From: an uncultured Nitrospiraceae bacterium
Lineage (GTDB): Bacteria; Nitrospirota; Thermodesulfovibrionia; Thermodesulfovibrionales; UBA6898
DNA length: 64,000 nucleotides
Assembly (NCBI GenBank): GCA_963811165.1
Contig: CAWEQH010000010.1
Coordinates: 64,001 to 128,000, forward strand
Direction of reading: 5' to 3'
Shown piece after piece: positions 47,838 to 57,681 of the stretch (its first letter is position 1; each line of letters begins with the position of its first letter). Both the position numbers and the translations under genes were made by a program. The notes below the pieces were generated by a model, which saw nothing but the letters and a program-made list of their open reading frames with translations, ran no database searches and had not been told where the DNA came from.

Positions 47838-50800
47838 TTGGCGGATTACCGTGTCGACGTCACCATCGATCCAAAATATTGCGTTATACAGGAAGTAATG
47901 TCCAAGTATTTCGGTCTGCAAAAAGAGTTGGATATTTTTCTGAAGGAGAATTGCCACCCCTACAAGAACTGGCAATTCATTGTGCATGAGACAAGGACTT
48001 TTTCTCTCGGTTATTTCTACGATTTAAGGACCGAACCAAGGGGTCCCGAGGCAGTCAAACTCTATATTGAAATCGCGCTTGAGGCCATCGAGAAGGCCAA
48101 AGAAACAGACGTAAAAACAGATGCATATAATACTGTCTTCCTCCTCCTGCAGAAATGTATTCAGGAATCCGGGGAAGAACTGAAAAGGTTCCTGCCTGTG
48201 ATAGAGTATGGTTTTGACCGGATAAGCCAATTCCCCCCTGACCTTTTTGCTCTTATCGCCAGGAGCTACTATCAGTTGAACAGGCTTGCCGAGAACTTTC
48301 TTAAGAATACGCCCGAGGAGACAGACTTCCGGACCGTTAATTCTCTCTTGGTCAATTATTTCCAGTATACTTTTTCCTACTGGCTCTCTGAAAAAGATCC
48401 CGGAGAATGGTTCGCAGGCGAAATCCCCCACAATGTTCCCGCGGAAATAGCCGTCCTCTTCGGACCTCTCTCTCACGTGCAGATAAAGACCCGGCAGACA
48501 CGACTTTGGGGCATAGCAGGCAGGAAAGACAACGGTTCCCGCGACACTCTCAAGGACCTTCTTGAACTGCCGGGATACGGGAATTTCGTCAGCGCCTACC
48601 AGGACCTGCCCGAGAAGATATTTAACGCAATTCCCGATGAAAAGCTGAAACACCATTACAAAATGATTTTTCTTTTTCATATGATGAATATGGCCGGATT
48701 ATCGAATATCCACGAGGAAACGCTCAAAGAGATCAACCGTACAATCGCCTGGCTTATCTATCATGAAGACATTCAAAATGTGAAACTGTTGATTCAAAAG
48801 ACCTTCGGTATTCTGAAGGAGATCTCGGACAAATATCCGGAAACGGTGCTCAAGTCTGTGTTGAACATGGGAATGGGCGTATACAAAACCGATGAAAGCG
48901 ACCTGGTCCATTTTTTCAACGAGCAGGTCGTACGGTTAGGGTTTCAGACCCCGGACTTCAGAGGGATCAGTGACGACTGGCAGATCCAGAGCAATCTTGC
49001 CCATATCCAGAACATCCGCGTCTGGATGGAATTGATTAAGCTGAACCCGAAGTGGTCCAAGAAACTTCTCTCTTCTCTTATCATCCACCTTTCACTCAGC
49101 GGTGTCCTCATTAAGGATACCGATTTGTTCCCGAGGGACATCACCAGTTTTTTAAACAGCGACATCCGGCCGGTGTATAATCTTTCGAAACAGCTCATGC
49201 GGCTTTTCCCCGCCTACTTCAACGAAATAGGGGCTGAGGGACTGCTCAGGGACATCTCTACGGAGATCGACGAGATAAGTAAGCGCAAGGATGTCCTGAT
49301 ACATTTCCTGAGGAAACTGAGTCATGTGGAGAGCTCAAACAAGATCGTACCGCTCATAGAAGCCACCCTTGATTTCTGGAAGACTAAATCGAAAGAAAGA
49401 CTGAGGCCCTATCTGCCGCAGAATCTCTACGACCAGATAGAAACAGAGGGCCCTTACATCGATGGCGTCAACACGGTAATAAACCGTATTTTTCAGGCCG
49501 GGGGCCTTGCCGGGATTTCCGACCTCCTGTCGCTCGGGGCAGACTACATGGCGGAATTCTCCGGAGAATTTATCGAAGAATACCGGCCCGATATCGAGAG
49601 GGTCAGGCTGGCGGTGAATTTTTATAAACTCTTGAACCAGAAATACTGCATCGGCAGCTGCGAGGTGATCGACTACATAGCCCAGGTGCGGTCAAGCGTT
49701 CCCTTTATATTCGATGGACTGAGAGATACCCTCTCCTTAAAAGATACCTTCAGGAAGGCCTCCGGGCTGCTCGATTACCTCCAGAAGTTGAAGAAAATTA
49801 TCCTGTCGCCTGTAAAATTTGATATACACGAGGATATTTACCGGAAACGTCACATCGCCGCCGACATACCTTCCATGTACGGCAGCTACCGTGAAGAAAA
49901 ATTCGATGCGCTGGGGCTCACCTTCCGGCTGGAGTTTCTCGTGAATACCCTTTTTGAGGAGCTGATAGAAGACTTTGATTTCGGGTTTATCACTCATGGA
50001 ACGTTTGAGCGGATATATGAATACCTGAAGCTCTTCAACCGGGCACTGAATATAGACGGTATTCCCACCAGGGAATTTCAACAGCAGCTCGAATTACTCA
50101 ACCGGGCGCTTAAGATAAGGATGGTCACTTTCACCCAGTACATGGATATCTTTCGCGGTTTTACGCAGGTCGTCCGCAACCTGGTCGGCAACTATTTCAA
50201 TAATATCCACCAGGAAAACCTGAGGGAGATCGCGATCGCGCTGCCGGCAGAAAAACTCCTCCCGAAATATCTCCATGAGTCGGATAGCCGTGAAGAGCTG
50301 TTTCAAAAGGTTGCCGAGATATTCTTAAGAGATACGATAGCGTCTTCGCTGGGTATACAGAGACTTGATCTCTTCCTGACGCGAATCTCAAATACGCTCC
50401 ACGAGCAGGCCGGGAGGCTCCCCCTCGATAAACATTATTTGCTCCTGACGTATAACCCGCGGAATATCATAACCTCAATTTCGGCGCCTGATGAAAGTCT
50501 TCTCGATCTTGTCCAATTGGGGAATAAAGGGCTCAACATCGTGAAGATGAAAAAGCTGGGACTGCCGGTCCCGCCGGGTTTTATCATCACAACGGAGGTA
50601 TTCAGATGCAGGGACCTCATAGACGCGTATCCGCCTGCCAAGGAAGATTTCAAGGCGCAAATAGACAGGGAAATTGCGAATCTCGAAAAACTCACGGGAA
50701 AGACATTCGGCGCCCCTGAGAACCCGCTGCTCGTTTCCGTAAGAAGCGGCGGCCCCGTATCGCAGCCGGGAATGATGGATTCATATCTGAATGTGGGAAT

Positions 50801-51986
50801 GAACGAGTCCGTAGTCGGCGGCATGATCAGGCAGACCTCGGATGGATGGTTTGTCTGGGATTGCTACCGCAGATTTTTGCAGTCCTATGGCATGTCCTTC
50901 GGCCTCATGCGAGATGCATTCGACGCGATAATCGATGAATTCAAGAAGAAATACGGCGTCCCCTACAAAAGGGACTTAACGACCCTGCAGATGAGAGAGG
51001 TCTCGATGGCTTACAGGGAGTTTGTCCTGTCAAACGGCCTTGAGTTTGAGGAGTCCCCCCGGGAACAGTTATACGTAGGCATCCAGCGTGTGCTGAATTC
51101 CTGGAACTCCGCAAAGGCAAGGACTTACAGAAAAATAATAGGTATCTCCGACGACTGGGGCACGGCGGTCACCGTGCAGTCGATGGTTTTCGGCAATCTT
51201 TCCAAGCGGTCCGGCGCAGGTGTGCTGTTTACCCATAACCCTAAATTTTCATCTGAATTGTTGAGACCCTGGGGTGACTATACGATCGGCAATCAGGGAG
51301 AGGACGTTGTCTCCGGACTGGTTACCACACTTCCTGTTTCAGTCTATCAGGCGGAGATGGAAGACAGGCCCGCAGAGTCGGCCCTCGAAAACAAGTTCCC
51401 TGAAGTCTATCAGGCACTCAGAAAAGCCGCCAAGGTGCTTATCTATGAAAAGCAGTGGGGTCCGCAGGATATTGAATTTACTTTTGAGGGACCGCGCAAA
51501 AAAGACCTTTACCTTCTGCAGACAAGAGATATGGAGATGAGGGAGAGGAAGCGGATACCGTCGTTTGAGGACGCCCTTGAGATGTCGGAGAAATTTCTCG
51601 GACACGGCATTGGGGTGAGCGGCGGGGCATTGTCGGGCAGGGCGGTCTTCAGTCTTGATGATATCACGCACTGGAAAGAGGTTGATCCGGGCTCCGCCCT
51701 GATCCTGGTGCGCGGAGATACCGTGCCTGAGGATATAAAGGAGATTTCAGCGGCCGACGGGCTTTTTACTGCGCGCGGAGGGGCCACATCTCACGCGGCC
51801 ATCGTTGCCAACCGGCTTGACAAAGTCTGTGTGGTGGGGTGCAGAGACCTTGTCTGCATGGAAAAGGACAAGAAATTTATTTTACACGGCCGGGTCGTGC
51901 ATGCGGGCGAATTTATCAGCATTGACGGATTGGAAGGGTCCGTATATCTTGGAAAAATGAAAATAAGCGTGAGGGGGAGCAAATAA
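47838..51986 (+). CDS. Large PPDK-like protein: ~880-aa N-terminal extension, ATP-grasp domain and His swivel domain, no pyruvate-binding barrel
   Basis: LGNKG..LPVPPGFIITT, PLLVSVRSG, QSMVFGN, QGEDVVSG, GGATSHAAIVA near the C-terminus; true start uncertain. Confidence 0.85.
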   Translation: MADYRVDVTIDPKYCVIQEVMSKYFGLQKELDIFLKENCHPYKNWQFIVHETRTFSLGYFYDLRTEPRGPEAVKLYIEIALEAIEKAKETDVKTDAYNTVFLLLQKCIQESGEELKRFLPVIEYGFDRISQFPPDLFALIARSYYQLNRLAENFLKNTPEETDFRTVNSLLVNYFQYTFSYWLSEKDPGEWFAGEIPHNVPAEIAVLFGPLSHVQIKTRQTRLWGIAGRKDNGSRDTLKDLLELPGYGNFVSAYQDLPEKIFNAIPDEKLKHHYKMIFLFHMMNMAGLSNIHEETLKEINRTIAWLIYHEDIQNVKLLIQKTFGILKEISDKYPETVLKSVLNMGMGVYKTDESDLVHFFNEQVVRLGFQTPDFRGISDDWQIQSNLAHIQNIRVWMELIKLNPKWSKKLLSSLIIHLSLSGVLIKDTDLFPRDITSFLNSDIRPVYNLSKQLMRLFPAYFNEIGAEGLLRDISTEIDEISKRKDVLIHFLRKLSHVESSNKIVPLIEATLDFWKTKSKERLRPYLPQNLYDQIETEGPYIDGVNTVINRIFQAGGLAGISDLLSLGADYMAEFSGEFIEEYRPDIERVRLAVNFYKLLNQKYCIGSCEVIDYIAQVRSSVPFIFDGLRDTLSLKDTFRKASGLLDYLQKLKKIILSPVKFDIHEDIYRKRHIAADIPSMYGSYREEKFDALGLTFRLEFLVNTLFEELIEDFDFGFITHGTFERIYEYLKLFNRALNIDGIPTREFQQQLELLNRALKIRMVTFTQYMDIFRGFTQVVRNLVGNYFNNIHQENLREIAIALPAEKLLPKYLHESDSREELFQKVAEIFLRDTIASSLGIQRLDLFLTRISNTLHEQAGRLPLDKHYLLLTYNPRNIITSISAPDESLLDLVQLGNKGLNIVKMKKLGLPVPPGFIITTEVFRCRDLIDAYPPAKEDFKAQIDREIANLEKLTGKTFGAPENPLLVSVRSGGPVSQPGMMDSYLNVGMNESVVGGMIRQTSDGWFVWDCYRRFLQSYGMSFGLMRDAFDAIIDEFKKKYGVPYKRDLTTLQMREVSMAYREFVLSNGLEFEESPREQLYVGIQRVLNSWNSAKARTYRKIIGISDDWGTAVTVQSMVFGNLSKRSGAGVLFTHNPKFSSELLRPWGDYTIGNQGEDVVSGLVTTLPVSVYQAEMEDRPAESALENKFPEVYQALRKAAKVLIYEKQWGPQDIEFTFEGPRKKDLYLLQTRDMEMRERKRIPSFEDALEMSEKFLGHGIGVSGGALSGRAVFSLDDITHWKEVDPGSALILVRGDTVPEDIKEISAADGLFTARGGATSHAAIVANRLDKVCVVGCRDLVCMEKDKKFILHGRVVHAGEFISIDGLEGSVYLGKMKISVRGSK

Positions 51987-51987
51987 A

Positions 51988-53232
51988 ATGGGAAAAGGTA
52001 CCGATATGAAGCTAGGGATAAACGGTTTTGGACGTATTGGAAAATTGACCTTATGGAACCATGTAGCAAAAAAATATTTCAGGGAGATAGTCGTCAATAC
52101 CGGACGTGAGGTTGGAAAGTCTCTGGCCGACCTCGTCCCTTATATTGTAAGGGACTCAACGTACGGGTCCCTGCCGAGGTACCTTTACGGCTGTCAGTCC
52201 GGGGATGTGATCCAGGATGTGAATGATTCCGCAGGAACAATGACCATAGACGGCATTAAGATAACCTTTCTCAGAAAGGCGCGCGACCCGAGGGAAATCG
52301 AATGGAAAAATCATAATGTGGAATTGGTGGTCGATACCACCGGCGAGTTCCTTGATCCCACGCTTTCAGCGGACGCACCGAAAGGGGCGATCAGGGGACA
52401 CCTCGAGGCGGGGGCCGGCAGGGTAATAGCGTCGGCGCCGTTTAAGATCAAGGACAAGACCAAGTCAATGCCAAATGACGCGGTTACCTGTGTGAAGGGC
52501 ATAAACGAGCACGATTATGACCCAGCCCGTCACAGAATAATTTCCGCGGCTTCCTGTACTACGACCTGTCTGGCCCATATGATGAAGCCCCTCCTGGACG
52601 TCATAGGAGCAAAGAGGATTCTTACCGTGTCGATGGCCACTGTGCATGCGGTAACAGGTTCGCAGCAGGTCTTAGACAGGATGGCCAAGACGGGCGCAAC
52701 CGACCTCAGAAAAAACAGGAGTATTCTGAATAATATCATACTTACGACAACGGGAGCCGCCAATACCCTTGCACTCGTCCTGCCGCAGATGAGGCAAATC
52801 GGCCTCATTGCCGAATCTGTGCGGGTCCCGGTCACCACAGGTTCCCTGATTATTCTGGTAGTGAACATACAGGAGGACGAATCAAGGGCATCGATCAACA
52901 GGCAGGTAATCAATGATATATACAGACAGGCCGCGGCCATGCCGCAGGGTTATCTTGTGTACACGGATGATCAGAACGTTTCGGGAGATATCATCGCCTT
53001 GCCGAAAGCCGCCGCCATTATTGAGGGCCACGAGACGCACACCCGCACTGCAGAAGCGACCGTAGATATCGAGAGACTTACCGGCATAAAAAAGGAATTA
53101 CTGAAAGAATTAAAGAATACAGAGATCGGAATCCCCCTGACCCAGGCCGTCATCTACGGATGGTACGACAACGAAATGGGCAACTACGTTCATATGCTCG
53201 GAGAACTTACAAGGTATGCAGCCGAATCATAG
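51988..53232 (+). CDS. Atypical long GAPDH-family dehydrogenase
   Basis: GINGFGRIG, SAASCTTTCLA, TTTGAA, WYDNE. Confidence 0.88.
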   Translation: MGKGTDMKLGINGFGRIGKLTLWNHVAKKYFREIVVNTGREVGKSLADLVPYIVRDSTYGSLPRYLYGCQSGDVIQDVNDSAGTMTIDGIKITFLRKARDPREIEWKNHNVELVVDTTGEFLDPTLSADAPKGAIRGHLEAGAGRVIASAPFKIKDKTKSMPNDAVTCVKGINEHDYDPARHRIISAASCTTTCLAHMMKPLLDVIGAKRILTVSMATVHAVTGSQQVLDRMAKTGATDLRKNRSILNNIILTTTGAANTLALVLPQMRQIGLIAESVRVPVTTGSLIILVVNIQEDESRASINRQVINDIYRQAAAMPQGYLVYTDDQNVSGDIIALPKAAAIIEGHETHTRTAEATVDIERLTGIKKELLKELKNTEIGIPLTQAVIYGWYDNEMGNYVHMLGELTRYAAES

Positions 53233-53419
53233 GACTGTATGCATATTCCTGGGCCTTTGCAGGAGCAAAAACTGAAAAATTTTGCTCCCCGAGCGCGACG
53301 CTCAGCGAAACTTTATGAAGTATAATTTCCAGTTTCTTATGGTTCCGGTTCAAGTTAACAACCCAAAAACGAGCCATCGACTATTACGCGTAGAAGCTAA
53401 ATGATGCAATCACAGTACC

Positions 53420-53448
53420 TTGCCAACACAACATAAATATTGTATTAT
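53420..53448 (+). promoter_or_regulatory. hicAB promoter with an operator-like palindrome in the spacer
   Basis: TTGCCA-17 nt-TATTAT; ACAACATAAATATTGT imperfect inverted repeat. Confidence 0.6.
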
Positions 53449-53453
53449 TAATT

Positions 53454-53633
53454 GTGTCCGGTAGGCAACTGATAAAGCTGTTACAGGAAAAGGGCTGGCA
53501 TCTGGACAGAATAGAGGGAAGCCATCACATCATTATCAAGGGGAATAAAACGCTTTCGATCCCAGTGCACGGCAGTAAAGACTTAGGTAAAGGCCTGCTT
53601 CATGCCTTAATGAGGCAAGGAGGTTTGAAATGA
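53454..53633 (+). CDS. hicA: HicA-family mRNA interferase toxin, 59 aa (not in ORF track)
   Basis: MSGRQLIKLLQEKGW...RIEGSHH...IPVHGSKDLGKGLL; stop overlaps the hicB start (ATGA). Confidence 0.9.
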   Translation: MSGRQLIKLLQEKGWHLDRIEGSHHIIIKGNKTLSIPVHGSKDLGKGLLHALMRQGGLK

Positions 53634-54061
53634 TACTCACATATCCAGCGAGAATAAGGCATATTTCAGAGGACAAGTCTTACCTTGTTGAATTCCCTGA
53701 CCTTCCAGGATGTCTTACAGAAGGGGCTACACTTGAAGAGGCGAAGCAAAATGCAAAAGAAGCGTTAACCGGCTATCTATCCTCGGTCTTTGAAAGGAAC
53801 TTCAAAATTCCCGGTCCTTCAGCTTTAAAGGGAAAGAATATCCACAACATCGAACCGGAACCTGAAGTGGCAGTTCCCATACTTCTCAGAAAATTCAGAG
53901 AAACCAGTAAACTTACTCAGGGAGATATTGCAAAAGTGCTTGGCATTTCTTACCAGGCCTACCAACGCTTAGAAAAGCCTGGTAAGAGCAATCCTACCCT
54001 AAAAACTCTTGAACGTCTTGCAAAAGTGTTCAATAAAGATCTCCGGTTGGAATTTGCATAA
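53630..54061 (+). CDS. hicB: HicB-family antitoxin with a C-terminal XRE HTH
   Basis: YLVEFPDLPGCLTEGATLEEA..NAKEAL; LTQGDIAKVLGIS. Confidence 0.92.
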   Translation: MILTYPARIRHISEDKSYLVEFPDLPGCLTEGATLEEAKQNAKEALTGYLSSVFERNFKIPGPSALKGKNIHNIEPEPEVAVPILLRKFRETSKLTQGDIAKVLGISYQAYQRLEKPGKSNPTLKTLERLAKVFNKDLRLEFA

Positions 54062-54181
54062 TATTTTCTGTGGATTGGGATTCACTATTCCCGATTCTGT
54101 CGGAAGCTATAGCTGAGATTTTTGTTCTGTGTGAAAAAACTCTAAGGGTGGCTCCTCCCCGGAAACTCTGCGGTCAACTTC

Positions 54182-54329
54182 TAACAGGTTGTTGAAAAAG
54201 TCCTATTTTCTCAGGAAAGTCTGTCATACCCGCGAAGGCGGGTATCCAGAAGCCCCGGAAAACGCTGGATTCCCGTTTTCACGGGAATGACGCCTATGGG
54301 CCCAAATGGAGTTTTTCAACAGCCTGTTA
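54182..54329. mobile_element. 148-bp MITE-like element: 22-bp terminal inverted repeats around palindromic element copy 3 (54223-54291)
   Basis: TAACAGGTTGTTGAAAAAGTCC ... GGAGTTTTTCAACAGCCTGTTA (20/22 match). Confidence 0.7.
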
Positions 54330-54447
54330 AGCCATTCGATGTCTGATCATTGGGGGAACTCTTGCTAACTTTCATTGACAAAAAGGTGTTATTTTTGATA
54401 TAAAATTAGATTCACTGAATTTGTTTGTTCTTGATTTAAGTCGATAT

Positions 54448-54523
54448 TCCCGGGTAGCTCAGCTGGCAGAGCAGGTGGCTGTTAACCACCCTGTCGGGGG
54501 TTCGAATCCCTCCCCGGGAGCCA
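54448..54523 (+). tRNA. tRNA-Asn(GTT)
   Basis: TCCCGGG acceptor stem, GGTGG-CTGTTAA-CCACC anticodon arm, GGTTCGAATCC, CCA end; TTGACA-18-TATAAA upstream. Confidence 0.96.
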
Positions 54524-54685
54524 TTCTTCTTCGAATGGCTTTCACTTTTTAAATTCTGTGAAGTGAATCATCGACTGCTTCTTATGTCGGCTCAACTCCT
54601 GAAGTATAGTAATTTTTCCCAATAACCTTTTCCCAAATTTACAATAGAATGACCCGATATGCTAATATTTGGGTAACAAACGAAG

Positions 54686-56032
54686 ATGAAGAAAAGGCAC
54701 TTAATGAATTTTCTCACCAGTTCGGGCAGCCTGAAAAAAATCTCGCTTATTTTTTTTCTTTGTGTAGGCACAGTCGCTTTCCTTTCGCCCGCTTTTTCGG
54801 GCGTGCCGCAGAGAAAAGTCCTTGCGATTAAGGTGAGCGGCGCGATAAGTCCCGTCTCTTCGGAGTTCATTGGGAAGGGCATACGCCAGGCCTCTGCAAT
54901 GAATGCGGAAGCCCTTGTTATCGAACTCGATACCCCCGGCGGACTCGATACCTCTATGAGGAGTATCGTGAAAGACATAATAAGCAGTACCGTACCGGTC
55001 ATTGTGTATGTCTACCCAAGCGGTGCCAGAGACGCGTCAGCCGGCGTGTTCATCACATATGCAGCCAACATTGCCGCCATGGCCCCGGGGACGAACATCG
55101 GCGCGGCCCATCCGGTATCGGTGGGCGAAAAAATGGACAAGACGATGGCGGAAAAGGTGACCAACGACGCGGCTGCCTATATCCGGTCTCTGGCGGAGCG
55201 GTCGGGGAGAAATGCGCAATGGGCTGAAGATGCGGTGCGCAAGAGCGTCTCCATCACCGAAACAGAGGCCTTAAAGGAACACGTCATAGACATTGTCAGC
55301 AAAGACCTGAACACTCTGCTTAGAGACGCAGACGGCAGGAAGGTGACGACGGTCATGGGAGAAAGGACGCTTCACACTTCGAATGTCACGGTCGTGACGG
55401 AAGAGATGGGCATGAGGTACAGGATATTGAACTTTATCTCCGACCCAAGCGTTGCCTATATGCTTATGCTGCTGGGATTTTACGGCCTTTTTTTTGAGCT
55501 CACAAACCCCGGAGCGGTCTTCCCCGGGGTCGCCGGTGCGATCTGTCTCATTCTCGCCTTTTATTCCTTCCAGACACTGCCCGTCAATTACGCCGGGCTT
55601 TTGCTTATCATTCTGGGGCTGGTCTTGTTTGTCCTCGAAGTCAAGGTCCTTTCGCATGGGGTCCTGACTGTCGGCGGGATTGTGTCGATGGTCATAGGTT
55701 CCTTGATGCTTTTTGAATCCTCCGAACCTGTCTTTAAACTGTCGCTCTATCTCATTCTCCCCGTAGTAATTTTTACGGCCTTGTTTTTTACGGCTACGTT
55801 CAGGCTTGCCTATAAGGCATACAGACGAAGGCCCGTAACCGGCAGCGAAGGCCTTGTCGGGCTGGATGGGAGGGCCTCTACGGACATAACCGGGGAGGGC
55901 GGTATCGTCAGGGTGCGGGGAGAGATCTGGTCTGCCTGTTCCGACGAGACAATTAAAAAAGGGGAAGCGGTTTCAGTCGTTTCCTTATCGGGTTTAACAA
56001 TCAAGGTAAAAAAGAAGGAGGTCAAGTTATGA
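54686..56032 (+). CDS. nfeD: NfeD membrane-bound ClpP-class serine protease
   Basis: [27 protein letters not shown]-terminal OB fold (GEIWSA). Confidence 0.9.
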   Translation: MKKRHLMNFLTSSGSLKKISLIFFLCVGTVAFLSPAFSGVPQRKVLAIKVSGAISPVSSEFIGKGIRQASAMNAEALVIELDTPGGLDTSMRSIVKDIISSTVPVIVYVYPSGARDASAGVFITYAANIAAMAPGTNIGAAHPVSVGEKMDKTMAEKVTNDAAAYIRSLAERSGRNAQWAEDAVRKSVSITETEALKEHVIDIVSKDLNTLLRDADGRKVTTVMGERTLHTSNVTVVTEEMGMRYRILNFISDPSVAYMLMLLGFYGLFFELTNPGAVFPGVAGAICLILAFYSFQTLPVNYAGLLLIILGLVLFVLEVKVLSHGVLTVGGIVSMVIGSLMLFESSEPVFKLSLYLILPVVIFTALFFTATFRLAYKAYRRRPVTGSEGLVGLDGRASTDITGEGGIVRVRGEIWSACSDETIKKGEAVSVVSLSGLTIKVKKKEVKL

Positions 56033-56823
56033 TTTTTTCGCCGCAGTTTACCGGTCTTATTTTCGTCATTGTGGTAATTGTGTATTTCCTCTCAAGCGCG
56101 ATCAAGATCCTCAAAGAATACGAAAGGGGTGTCGTATTCAGGCTCGGCAGGATCATTCCGCTAAGGGGACCCGGACTTGTTATTATATGGCCGGTAATCG
56201 ACAAGCTTGTGAGGGTCAGTCTGCGTACCGTAACGATGGACGTGCCTCCCCAGGACATTATCACAAAAGACAACATTACGGTGAAGGTGAATGCGGTCAT
56301 CTATTTCAGGCCGATGGACCCGATCAAGGCCATCACTGAGGTTGAAGATTTCTACTATGCCACATCGCAGATTTCCCAAACTAGTCTCAGAAGCATCCTC
56401 GGGCAAAGTTCGCTCGATGACCTCCTTGCCAACAGGGAACAGCTAAATGCCGAACTTCAGAAGGTGATCGATTTTCAGACAGAGCCGTGGGGCATCAAGG
56501 TCACCGCAGTGGAGGTAAAGAACGTCGATCTGCCGCAGGAGATGCTGAGGGCGATAGCGAGACAGGCCGAAGCCGAAAGGGAAAGAAGGGCGAAGGTAAT
56601 CCACGCAGAGGGAGAATTTCAGGCTTCACAGAAACTTGCGGATGCGGCAAAGATTATCGCAACCGAAAGTGGAGCTTTGCAGTTAAGGTTTCTCCAGACC
56701 CTGACTGAGATCGCAACGGAAAAAAATTCGACGATCATATTCCCTGTGCCGATAGACTTGATCAGACCCTTCCTGGAAAAGGGGTCCGGCGGATGGGGAC
56801 AGAAGGCCGAGACGAAAGAGTGA
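56029..56823 (+). CDS. SPFH/stomatin-family protein
   Basis: [32 protein letters not shown]. Confidence 0.93.
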   Translation: MIFSPQFTGLIFVIVVIVYFLSSAIKILKEYERGVVFRLGRIIPLRGPGLVIIWPVIDKLVRVSLRTVTMDVPPQDIITKDNITVKVNAVIYFRPMDPIKAITEVEDFYYATSQISQTSLRSILGQSSLDDLLANREQLNAELQKVIDFQTEPWGIKVTAVEVKNVDLPQEMLRAIARQAEAERERRAKVIHAEGEFQASQKLADAAKIIATESGALQLRFLQTLTEIATEKNSTIIFPVPIDLIRPFLEKGSGGWGQKAETKE

Positions 56824-57006
56824 AGACCGGCCTTTCCTGCAATCTCCGGCGTCGCAGGCCCTGTCTGGCCCCGGTGCGCGCAGAAGAGGTGGACCATAGA
56901 AAACGGTAACGGCAATAGGAATAATGTAAAGGCCAGAATAATCTTACTCTTATTTTTCCTTCTGCTCATTTTCGTCCTTTATAAGGCAGGGGCGTTCCGT
57001 TTCTTC

Positions 57007-57594
57007 ATGGACAAGGAAAAAATCCTGGCCTTTATCGACTCGCTCGGTCCCCTCGGCTGGATTGGTTTTGTTTCCCTTCAGGTACTTCAGGTGGTGGCCG
57101 CACCGATCCCCGGGGAAGTTACAGGGCTCATTGGCGGATATCTTTACGGACCGGTACTGGGGACCGTGTTGTCCACAATCGGCCTTACGATAGGCTCACT
57201 GATCGCTTTTCTTCTTTCGAGGACATTCGGAAGGCCTTTTGTCGACAGGTTTGTAAGGAAAGAGACGATGGACAAATACGATTTCCTCCTTCATCACAAA
57301 GGCGCCTTTCTCGTCTTTCTCCTGTTTCTGATTCCCGGTACGCCGAAGGATTTCCTCTGTTATATCCTGGGCCTTGGACATCTTACTACGAAGGAATTCC
57401 TGATAATGAGCACCGTCGGAAGGCTGGGAGGGACGGTACTTCTCACCCTGGGCGGCAATTATATTCATCAGCACCAGTACCGTCAGTTTTTTATTCTCCT
57501 TGGGGTGGCGGTAATCATCGTCTTTTTCTCCATGGTCTACAAAGATAGACTCGAAAAGCTGTTCCACAAGTGGCATAAGCAATCGCCAAGGTGA
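57007..57594 (+). CDS. TVP38/TMEM64 (DedA-family) membrane protein; start may lie upstream at 56896
   Basis: LQVVAAPIPGEV, LFLIPGTPKDFLCY. Confidence 0.85.
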   Translation: MDKEKILAFIDSLGPLGWIGFVSLQVLQVVAAPIPGEVTGLIGGYLYGPVLGTVLSTIGLTIGSLIAFLLSRTFGRPFVDRFVRKETMDKYDFLLHHKGAFLVFLLFLIPGTPKDFLCYILGLGHLTTKEFLIMSTVGRLGGTVLLTLGGNYIHQHQYRQFFILLGVAVIIVFFSMVYKDRLEKLFHKWHKQSPR

Positions 57595-57681
57595 GGGGAG
57601 GGAGAAGAAATAGGAAACTGATTTCGAAGGCCGGGAATTAGTACAGGCGATCCGGGCTGACCTGAGATGCCGACCCGGCGA

